Source: Candidatus Poribacteria bacterium
GTDB lineage: Bacteria; Poribacteria; WGA-4E; WGA-3G
DNA: 64,000 bases
Reading direction: 5' to 3'
Assembly: GCA_965215265.1 (NCBI GenBank)
Contig: OZ244048.1
Coordinates: forward strand, 3,616,001 to 3,680,000
Shown here one piece after another: positions 56,024 through 64,000 of the stretch. Numbering within the stretch: position 1 is the stretch's first letter; every line of letters begins with the position of its first letter. The notes below the pieces were generated by a model, which had not been told where the DNA came from, ran no database searches, and was given only the letters and a program-made list of their open reading frames with translations. A program made the position numbers and the translations under genes.

Positions 56024-57211
56024 ATGAAAATTACGAACATTGAGACTTTTATTGTCGATGCCGGTTGGAGGCCCTGGACGTTTGTCAAAGTCGAAACCGA
56101 TCAGGACGTTACCGGCTACGGTGAATGCAGCGATGGCAGAAATCCAAACGGTGTAACTGGCACTATCAAAGACCTCACCCCACTGCTAATTGGACGGGAT
56201 CCGCGCACTTATGAGATGCGATTTTGGGATATGATTCGCGGCTCCCGGCAAAGCCCTGGCGGCATCGCTGCGAAGGCTATCGCTGGTATCGAATGTGCCT
56301 TAGTGGATATCAAAGCAAAGGCTTTGGGGCTCTCTGTTGTTGAACTGTTTGGCGGTCCCACCCGTGATAACGTGCGTGTCTACTGGTCGCACTGCGGAAC
56401 CTCCCGAGCAAGTAATTTTGAACTACTTGGTGTTCCGCCCTTAAAAACGATGGATGATATTGCAGCATTAGGATGCGAGGTCGTTGAGAAAGGCTTCACT
56501 GCTCTTAAAACTAATATCGTTATCCCCGGTGAACCTGCCTCCGTCTATTTTACAGGTTTTGGCGGCGGTAACGGCACCACCGATGGCAACGTGACACCGC
56601 AGCTCGTGCGACATATTGTAACCTTGATTGGCACATTCCGGGATGCAGTTGGTCCAGATGTTGGTATCAACCTAGATCTCAACTTCAATTTCAAGCCTGA
56701 GGCGTGTATGCGTATTGCAAAGGCATTGGAGCCGTTTGACATGCTGTGGCTTGAAATTGATATGTATGACCATGAGGCTATCAGGCAAATCAAGGATTCC
56801 ACGACGACAAAGATATGCACCGGCGAAAACCTCTATTATATGCGTGAGTACCTCCCTTATTTTCAAGTGCGCGCCGCGGATGTCTTTATGATAGACGTAC
56901 CGTGGAATGGATTCTCTCCATCAAAAAAGATTGGGGATCTGGCAAACGTCTATCAACTTAACGTCGCGCCGCACAACTATTACAGTCATCTTGCCACCTA
57001 CATGAGTGCAAGTTTGTGTGCGGTGCTACCCAACGTGCGGATTATGGAGATTGACATCGACGATGTCCCGTGGAAAGATGATTTGACAACTCACACACCG
57101 GAAATCGTCGACGGATTTATGAAAATCCCGACCGGACCAGGTTGGGGTACCGAACTCAATGAGGAAGCTGTCAAAGCGCATCTGTGGGATAACCGTAAAG
57201 CGAATTGGTAA
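56024..57211 (+). CDS. Mandelate racemase/muconate lactonizing enzyme family (acid-sugar dehydratase-like)
   Basis: FVKVETD..GYGE, DIKAK, GFTALK, CTGE, APHN, PGWG.E. Confidence 0.9.
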   Translation: MKITNIETFIVDAGWRPWTFVKVETDQDVTGYGECSDGRNPNGVTGTIKDLTPLLIGRDPRTYEMRFWDMIRGSRQSPGGIAAKAIAGIECALVDIKAKALGLSVVELFGGPTRDNVRVYWSHCGTSRASNFELLGVPPLKTMDDIAALGCEVVEKGFTALKTNIVIPGEPASVYFTGFGGGNGTTDGNVTPQLVRHIVTLIGTFRDAVGPDVGINLDLNFNFKPEACMRIAKALEPFDMLWLEIDMYDHEAIRQIKDSTTTKICTGENLYYMREYLPYFQVRAADVFMIDVPWNGFSPSKKIGDLANVYQLNVAPHNYYSHLATYMSASLCAVLPNVRIMEIDIDDVPWKDDLTTHTPEIVDGFMKIPTGPGWGTELNEEAVKAHLWDNRKANW

Positions 57212-57265
57212 TAAGTTCTCGGAACCAATATTGGAACCGTAAGAAAGACGTTAGGATTAAGTTAA

Positions 57266-60200
57266 ATGCAAAATGGAATTGAAAAACAGTTGCAAGGGGC
57301 ACGTGAACGCCTCCTTGATTTGACGCTGCACAACCGCCTCCTGAATTTCCGACCGACACAGCGCAGAACTATCAAGGTGATTGACGAAATCCCAAATGAG
57401 GTCTTTGACATCCTGGTGCTGCATGAACGCGTGATGCAGTTTAAACCTTCTGAACAACCTGCGGAAGACACCGAGTCACTTTTTGCTGATGAGGATATTG
57501 CAGCGTTGCCGTGGTGGGATGCTACTGAGCCAGAGCAACATCACATCGACCGGCTTTTACAGACGGAGTTGACAAAAGAAGAACTTCAGAAGCGATTGTA
57601 TTACATCTATCAGCAAGCGCGCTCCGTTTTTGAAGAACAAGGCTATTCTGTTCTGTATCTCGCCCTTGGCTACCTTGAGTGGACTGAAGATGCCAACGCG
57701 GAACAAACCAATTCTGCCCCGTTAATTCTAATTCCGGTTGAGTTAGAACGTCAAAAAGTCCGTACTCGATTCAGCCTCCGTTGGAGCGGGGCAGAACTTT
57801 TTCCAAACCTTTCTCTTCAGGCAAAACTCTCAGAGCTCAGCGTCGAACTTCCGATATTGGAAACCCCTGAGGACAAAACTGAGCTCGATGCCTATTTTCA
57901 GAAGGTGGGTGAGGCAGTCTCCGAACACGAAAATTGGCGTGTCGTACCACACATCTACCTCGATTTTTTCAGTTTTACCAAATTTGTGATGTATAAAGAT
58001 TTGGAACCGGAGGCATGGACAGTTGACAGTCACCCGCTGCTCGGAACTATTTTAGGACAGACAGCAGGTAACTCCGGTGCAGGTGATGGTTTTAAACCAG
58101 AAGAGGTCGACCTGGGGTTACCGAGTCAGAACGTCTATCATGTTATGGATGCAGATTCATCACAGATTGCAGTTATTGAAGATATTAAAAGCGGCAAGAA
58201 CTTAGTAGTCGAGGGCCCGCCTGGGACCGGCAAATCCCAAACCATTACGAATATTATCGCTGAACTTCTCGCCGCCGGGAAAAACGTCCTTTTTGTCAGC
58301 GAAAAAATGGCTGCGCTTGAAGTCGTGAAAAGCCGGCTTGACAAGGTTGGCCTCGGTGATTTCTGCTTGGAACTGCATAGCCATAAATCTAATAAACGCG
58401 AGGTGCTGAATGAACTCCAACGAACACTTTCTGTACAGCCACTACAAGAAATGCCCCAGGAAGATGTCTTTGCTCAAATAGATAACAAAAAAGCAGAGTT
58501 AAACGCGTATGTTAGCGCTATCCAGGAACCGATCGGCGTAACACAGAAGTCACCGTTTACGTTGTTCGGTATTCGTGAAGCTGCTCACCGGCATTTTGAA
58601 AAAGCAGAGAAGCAGATGCTGCACATTACCTTTGAAACAGACCCAACGACGTGCACGCCTGCTGATTGGCAAACCGCAGTGCAACGTTTAGAAAACCTTG
58701 CTGTTATTCTACCTCGTGTTATGCCACTTGGTGAGCATCCGTGGCGAGGTTGTAAGCCTGGTACCATAACACCACTTGTTGAAAGAGAAATTAACACCCT
58801 TATTGAAGCATGCAAAACTGCTTTAAATACTTTGGAAGTAGAAATTGATTCATTGACTGAGCTGTGTGGGATTTGCAGCCCGGCTACATTGGAAGATTTA
58901 TCCAATGCCTTGCAAGCTGCAGATGTGATGGCACAGGCACGCCCTGTTGAACTGCAGGTTTTAACCAACGAGGCATGGAATACGTCTAATGACGATGCAC
59001 AGAGACTCATCCAGACAGTTGAAGCAGGAAAGAAGGCACTTAAGTCCGCACGGGAAAAGTTTACCGAGGCTGCATTAAAACAGGACATTGCGGCGTTGCT
59101 CGACGAGTATAAGCAGTTATCGGGGAAGTTTTTTCTGTTGAGGATGCTGAACAGCCGCTACCGTTCTATCAGTCGTGAATTTCGTAACTGCTACCTCAAA
59201 ACCGCAACATCTCGAAACCCCACACAGATTAGCGCTGACTTCTCGAAATTAGCCAACTGTATTGACTTACAACAGAAAATAAAAAGACAAGAACAGACGG
59301 GACGCTCACTCTTTGGCAGTGAGTGGCGCGGTGAGGAGAGTGACCTGGAGCGGTTAACAGAGTTTTCGGAATGGATTGTAAAGTTCCGGCAGCAGCTACT
59401 TTCGGGCGTTTTTACCGAACGTGCTGTGGAAATAGCTAGCACAGGTATTTCCGAAGAACAGGTGCAAGTGCACATCAAAGCACTGCAAACTGCCCTCAAC
59501 GATTTTGTAACACAACGCGATGCGCTCCTCAACCTTCTCGGTACTGATATTCACACGTTATTCGGCATAGAGGCTGAGAAACTAACTTTCACCGAGTTGC
59601 GGGCACGCCTGGAGGAGTGGCAGGAAAAACGTGACGCGCTCCACTATTGGGCGCAATTTGTGACGCGACGTGATGTGTGCCGAGATAGCACGGCATCGTC
59701 GCTGCTTGAACGTATTGCGGAGATCGCACCAGAAGACTTAGTGCAATGTTTTGAAGGCAATCTCGCGGATGCGCTCCTTCACAATGCGTTTCTTGAACGC
59801 TCAGCACTCGGTAATTTTGTCCAAGACTCGCATGAAAAGAAAATAGAAGATTTCTACAAACTGGACAGTGAATGCATTAAACTGAATCAGCAGCGGCTCG
59901 CCTATGAACTGTATCAGAGCCAGCCGCGCCTCATGAATGGCGCATCCCCGGACTCCGAAATCGGCATTCTACAAGGCCAATTCAATCGAAAGCGCGGGCA
60001 CCTACCGATTCGCAAACTGTTGTCAGTTGCCGGCAGCTTAATTCAGAAGATTAAACCGTGCTTTATGATGAGCCCTCTTTCCGTTGCGCAATTTTGTGAC
60101 CCGGCCATCGTAAATTTTGATGTTATTGTATTTGATGAGGCAAGCCAAATCCGTCCAGAGGATGCCCTCGGCACATTGCTGCGCGGGAAGCAAGCCGTCG

Positions 60201-61981
60201 TTATTGGGGATACGAAGCAGCTGCCACCTACCAGTTTCTTTGACCATATCGTTGAAGACACCGATGAAGATGAAGACGACATGACTACCGCAATTGTTGA
60301 CGTGGAAAGCATTTTGCACCAGTGCAAACTGAGTTTTCCTACCAAAGCGTTGAGATGGCACTACCGCAGCCGCCATGAATCCTTAATCGCGGTGTCTAAT
60401 CAGGAATTCTATGATAACAATCTGCAAATCTTCCCATCACCAATTGATAGCGCAGCGCATCTCGGTTTGAAGTTTATTCATCTCCCAGATGCTGTCTACG
60501 ATCGAGGACGAAGTTCTGTTAATCGGAAAGAGGCACAGGCGGTTGTCCAGGCTGCATTTGAGCATTATCGCGAGTATCCAGATAAAAGCCTCGGTATCGG
60601 TACTTTTAACATCAAACAACAACAGGCAATCCTGGACGAGGTCGAGCGCCAACTCCGTCAGAATCCGGAGATGGAGGAGTACTTTGCGAGCAGCCGCGAT
60701 GAGCATTTCTTTGTTAAAAACCTGGAAACAATTCAGGGCGATGAACGGGATGCAATTTTCCTCAGTATCGGGTACGGTTTTGATCAAGACCGCCGCCTTC
60801 ATAAGAATTTTGGTCCCCTTAACCACGAGGGTGGCCAACGGCGCTTGAACGTTCTGATTACCCGCGCGCGTGAACGATGCGTCGTCTTTTCCAATTTCCG
60901 CGCGAGTGACCTGCAATTGGATGCGAATGCTCCTTCTGGTACACAGGCACTGAAGGTGTTCCTGGATTATGCCGAAAATAGAAATCTACAATCGGTGTTA
61001 CCGACAGGGGCGGATACCGATTCACCCTTTGAAGATGCCGTTTACGAATTCCTTACGAGCCACGGTTACACTGTCAGCAAACAAGTGGGATGTGCAGGTT
61101 ATCGGATTGACCTCGCAGTCGTTGATGCAAAGGCACCGGGGCGTTATCTACTCGGAATTGAGTGCGACGGCGCGCAGTATCACAGTTCGCCTGTTGCACG
61201 GGATAGGGATCGATTACGGCAGCAGGTATTGGAGGGCTTAGGCTGGACGCTGCATCGCATCTGGTCTACAGATTGGTATCGCAACCGGGCAGATACAGGA
61301 AAGCGGCTGTTAAAGGCAGTTGAACGTGCGAAGTTGAGCGAGATGACTGTCCCCATAAAACCGGCAGTACAGCCGACGAAACAAGAGCCGGTTAATCCCG
61401 CTTCAGATGAACCCACCGAACCTCCTGTGTATGAAGCGTGCCCAAAAGTACCCGATTATGTCGAGTGTACGGATCTTGGAATTCCGATAGACGGCGAATT
61501 ACACAAGAAAGATCCTGTCGAACTTGCCATAGCAATTACAAGAGTGGTGCGGATTGAGAGCCCAGTCCACACTGATGAGGCTGTGTCTCGCATCCGTTCT
61601 TTATGGGGCTTGAAGAAAGCAGGAAAACGGATTAAAGATGCGATTGAGAGCGGTGTAGCCGACGCACAGCGAAGCGGAACAGTTCGCCGCGAAGGAGAGT
61701 TTCTCTGGTGGGCTGTTGAAGAGTTGGAGATTCCTATGCGTAGGCGCGCAAAACCTCGTATTGAGTGGCTGTGCGACGAAGAAATCACCGAGGCGATGAG
61801 AATGGTCCTCACGTCACAGGGTGCAATTTCCCCGGATGCACTCATAACCGAAGCGGCAAAATTGTTCGGTTATAAATCAACTGGAACGAAGATTCCTAAG
61901 CGAATGAAGCCGTTATTGGATAAACTTATCCGCGATGGGATATTCCGGAAAGCAGCAAATAATATGATTAATTTACGTTGA
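57266..61981 (+). CDS. DUF4011 - SF1 helicase - Vsr-like nuclease - DUF3320 protein (Hhe-type defence protein)
   Basis: LLDLTLHNRLLNF; GPPGTGKSQTI; MMSPLSVAQ; FDEASQ; WHYRSRHESLI; ETIQGDERD; RRLNV..TRAR; SPFE..GYRIDL..IECDG..YH; RIESPVH. Confidence 0.9.
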   Translation: MQNGIEKQLQGARERLLDLTLHNRLLNFRPTQRRTIKVIDEIPNEVFDILVLHERVMQFKPSEQPAEDTESLFADEDIAALPWWDATEPEQHHIDRLLQTELTKEELQKRLYYIYQQARSVFEEQGYSVLYLALGYLEWTEDANAEQTNSAPLILIPVELERQKVRTRFSLRWSGAELFPNLSLQAKLSELSVELPILETPEDKTELDAYFQKVGEAVSEHENWRVVPHIYLDFFSFTKFVMYKDLEPEAWTVDSHPLLGTILGQTAGNSGAGDGFKPEEVDLGLPSQNVYHVMDADSSQIAVIEDIKSGKNLVVEGPPGTGKSQTITNIIAELLAAGKNVLFVSEKMAALEVVKSRLDKVGLGDFCLELHSHKSNKREVLNELQRTLSVQPLQEMPQEDVFAQIDNKKAELNAYVSAIQEPIGVTQKSPFTLFGIREAAHRHFEKAEKQMLHITFETDPTTCTPADWQTAVQRLENLAVILPRVMPLGEHPWRGCKPGTITPLVEREINTLIEACKTALNTLEVEIDSLTELCGICSPATLEDLSNALQAADVMAQARPVELQVLTNEAWNTSNDDAQRLIQTVEAGKKALKSAREKFTEAALKQDIAALLDEYKQLSGKFFLLRMLNSRYRSISREFRNCYLKTATSRNPTQISADFSKLANCIDLQQKIKRQEQTGRSLFGSEWRGEESDLERLTEFSEWIVKFRQQLLSGVFTERAVEIASTGISEEQVQVHIKALQTALNDFVTQRDALLNLLGTDIHTLFGIEAEKLTFTELRARLEEWQEKRDALHYWAQFVTRRDVCRDSTASSLLERIAEIAPEDLVQCFEGNLADALLHNAFLERSALGNFVQDSHEKKIEDFYKLDSECIKLNQQRLAYELYQSQPRLMNGASPDSEIGILQGQFNRKRGHLPIRKLLSVAGSLIQKIKPCFMMSPLSVAQFCDPAIVNFDVIVFDEASQIRPEDALGTLLRGKQAVVIGDTKQLPPTSFFDHIVEDTDEDEDDMTTAIVDVESILHQCKLSFPTKALRWHYRSRHESLIAVSNQEFYDNNLQIFPSPIDSAAHLGLKFIHLPDAVYDRGRSSVNRKEAQAVVQAAFEHYREYPDKSLGIGTFNIKQQQAILDEVERQLRQNPEMEEYFASSRDEHFFVKNLETIQGDERDAIFLSIGYGFDQDRRLHKNFGPLNHEGGQRRLNVLITRARERCVVFSNFRASDLQLDANAPSGTQALKVFLDYAENRNLQSVLPTGADTDSPFEDAVYEFLTSHGYTVSKQVGCAGYRIDLAVVDAKAPGRYLLGIECDGAQYHSSPVARDRDRLRQQVLEGLGWTLHRIWSTDWYRNRADTGKRLLKAVERAKLSEMTVPIKPAVQPTKQEPVNPASDEPTEPPVYEACPKVPDYVECTDLGIPIDGELHKKDPVELAIAITRVVRIESPVHTDEAVSRIRSLWGLKKAGKRIKDAIESGVADAQRSGTVRREGEFLWWAVEELEIPMRRRAKPRIEWLCDEEITEAMRMVLTSQGAISPDALITEAAKLFGYKSTGTKIPKRMKPLLDKLIRDGIFRKAANNMINLR

Positions 61982-62003
61982 AGGTGCCCGGGGGCACCTT
62001 CAA
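61978..62003. terminator. Hairpin between convergent genes
   Basis: TTGAAGGTGCCC-GG-GGGCACCTTCAA, perfect 12-bp inverted repeat. Confidence 0.6.
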
Positions 62004-62007
62004 AGGT

Positions 62008-62871
62008 TTAGCGAGCGACTGCCTCAGCTCCGAGATGTTCTTGGATCCATGAGCGAAGGGGGACATCCTTTTCACCGGGTGAGGTATACCCCATGCCACC
62101 TGTGCTTTTACCCAGAATTTGCTGCCGAATCGGATCTGACCGTTCCATAAAGTGTTCCACCGTCATGTTATCGCGCGGTTGCAACCACCGGTAGCTATAT
62201 CCGTAAAATAGGACTTTGCGCGTGATGTCGGAGGTATTGCGTCCGGCTGCATGCCACAGCCGCCGGTCGAAGAAGACAGCGGTTCCCGGCTTCGCGAAGA
62301 CAGGAGTTGCATTCTCCGGATCTGCGGTGTTTTCCGTGGGCATTTCCAAGGTATTCCATTTCTGACTCCCCGGAATCACAGAGAAATTGCCACGTCCGGG
62401 CACAGACGTATCGGTGAGAAAATACGCAACCTTCAGTGAGACTCGGGGACGCGGAGTACCCTCTAATTCAATGTTCAACCGGCCGCTATCTTGGTGCCAG
62501 CCAAGCCGTTTCGATTTTTTACGTTCTTTACTGGGAAGCGGAGGTAGCACAATCAGATGTGAATGATAAAGTTTGATATTCCACCCCAAAATTCCCCAGA
62601 CTTTCGGAAAAGTGGTATGCCAATCCAGCAGCTCTATGAAGTTTTCATCCTTACCTACGAAGTCGAGGAGGTTGAACCGTGCGTCGGCCGGGAGTTTCTT
62701 TGTGCCTAAGTGTTCGGCACCAACCCGGTCAACGGCGGCTATTAATTTCTCAACCATGTCTTGTGGAATAGCATCCTCGACTGCAAAGAAACCGTTCTCT
62801 TCAAATTGCTGCTTTTCGGTATCTGTTAAACAGTGCTCTAAACATAGTGGGTTCATGATATGCTTCTCCAA
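62008..62871 (-). CDS. Phytanoyl-CoA dioxygenase (PhyH) family dioxygenase
   Basis: WHQDSG, KVAYFLTD, VIPGS, FDRRLWH. Confidence 0.9.
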   Translation of the reverse strand: MEKHIMNPLCLEHCLTDTEKQQFEENGFFAVEDAIPQDMVEKLIAAVDRVGAEHLGTKKLPADARFNLLDFVGKDENFIELLDWHTTFPKVWGILGWNIKLYHSHLIVLPPLPSKERKKSKRLGWHQDSGRLNIELEGTPRPRVSLKVAYFLTDTSVPGRGNFSVIPGSQKWNTLEMPTENTADPENATPVFAKPGTAVFFDRRLWHAAGRNTSDITRKVLFYGYSYRWLQPRDNMTVEHFMERSDPIRQQILGKSTGGMGYTSPGEKDVPLRSWIQEHLGAEAVAR

Positions 62872-63022
62872 TAGGCGCGCTGTTCAAGCGCACACAAATT
62901 TCTCGTCGATTAAAGTGTTAGGGCCGGCGAATCAACGCTACGAATGCGAGTATAGCATTCAGTGGGCGTGAAAACTCTTGTCCCCATCTCGCCAGAGCCG
63001 TTTTAACCCTATCTTCATTAAT

Positions 63023-64000
63023 TTATCCGGAAATTGAATTTTCGTCAAGACTTGTTTTACGGTATTTCTCGAGTTCTTTCAGGCGTTTACCAGCACGCCA
63101 ACTCCGCCAAAAGTTTACAGATGCACTAAAAAGGAATCCAACACCGATGATGCTAACCCCTATGCCGCCAAACGCGAATTCTGGGAACGTTATAATTACA
63201 TAGATGCCACCCCCGATAAGCCCACCGGCAATAATACTATCTTTGAGGCTGCGACGTTGCGCTCGTTTGTGGATGAGGTTTAGGTTCCGGCGTTTCTGTT
63301 CTATGACGTACTTTGTGAGTGGCTCTATTGGAATATGGACTGCATATTTTTGTTCTGGTGGTAGCGGTTGCACACACCGGAACCCAATGTTATCTGCTTT
63401 ATAATATGGTGGGGCATGTAACCGGTTCGCACACCGAAAATAACGTTTGGCTGTGCCGTCGCGTGCTTCTAACCATGAGCCGCCGCGCAGCGTTTTATGT
63501 GCGTTACCGGCTCTGTTTCCGGATGTGATTTGATTGGCATTTACGTAGGGCTCATACCTATCTGCTGTCCACTCCCATACATTTCCGGCTGCTTCCTGTA
63601 CACCATAAGGACTCTCTGCTGCTGGCCGGCTTCCGACAGGCGTAAGATGGCTTGTCAAAATCTGTGCGAATTTCGTTCCACTCGGTAACATGAATGTATT
63701 ACCCCACGGATATAGGCGCCCATCTGCTCCCCGACAGGCTTTCTCCCATTCCGCTTCTGTCGGTAAACGTTTGTCTGCCCAGTGCGCATACGCGTTGCTA
63801 TCATACCAACTAACTTGGACAACCGGTAGGTTCGCTGCATCTGGTGCGTAACGATCGTTTTTCCAATGTGCTGGCGGGGTATGGTTCGTCTCTTGGACAA
63901 AAATGGCATATTCGGCATTTGTCACCGGATACCGTTCAATGCGATAAGCCTCCAAAAAGCGGACGTGCATCGGTGCTTCATCCTGTTTCGCATGTTCTGA
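63023..64000 (-). CDS. Formylglycine-generating-enzyme (SUMF1) family domain protein with C-terminal TM helices (5' end outside window)
   Basis: VTNAEY, LPVVQVSW, RLPTEAEWEKA, GNVWEW, RGGSW, IGFRC; frame open to 64000. Confidence 0.9.
   Translation of the reverse strand, partial: SEHAKQDEAPMHVRFLEAYRIERYPVTNAEYAIFVQETNHTPPAHWKNDRYAPDAANLPVVQVSWYDSNAYAHWADKRLPTEAEWEKACRGADGRLYPWGNTFMLPSGTKFAQILTSHLTPVGSRPAAESPYGVQEAAGNVWEWTADRYEPYVNANQITSGNRAGNAHKTLRGGSWLEARDGTAKRYFRCANRLHAPPYYKADNIGFRCVQPLPPEQKYAVHIPIEPLTKYVIEQKRRNLNLIHKRAQRRSLKDSIIAGGLIGGGIYVIITFPEFAFGGIGVSIIGVGFLFSASVNFWRSWRAGKRLKELEKYRKTSLDENSISG

Overview
Gene-dense bacterial chromosomal window of moderate GC. Gene content (FG-GAP repeat and other proteins with an NYPNP-type Ig-like C-terminal domain, two PhyH dioxygenases, several Gfo/Idh/MocA oxidoreductases and sugar-phosphate isomerases, a sulfatase-like hydrolase, a DUF4159 protein) resembles sponge-associated Candidatus Poribacteria; this taxonomy is inference. 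Housekeeping genes include queG, pheA, UPF0182, a GT9 glycosyltransferase, a CDP-alcohol phosphatidyltransferase and a three-subunit xanthine-dehydrogenase-family molybdoenzyme. There are three defence-type loci: a Swt1/HEPN-DUF499 ATPase running off the left edge (absent from the ORF track), a PabI-family restriction-glycosylase plus methyltransferase pair, and a DUF4011-helicase-nuclease-DUF3320 (Hhe-type) protein. Main items not in the ORF track: (1) an 81-aa DUF5069-like gene whose conserved Cys codon is an in-frame UGA followed by a bacterial SECIS-like hairpin, i.e. a probable selenoprotein; (2) a ~260-nt multi-stem RNA preceded by a His/Trp-rich 24-codon ORF upstream of the molybdoenzyme operon; (3) a dispersed 80-95-nt structured element in four copies; (4) a palindromic repeat inserted in frame into protein termini; (5) a sigma54 promoter with tandem upstream repeats. 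No rRNA, tRNA, CRISPR array or transposase was recognised. Family assignments come from motif recognition, not database searches.
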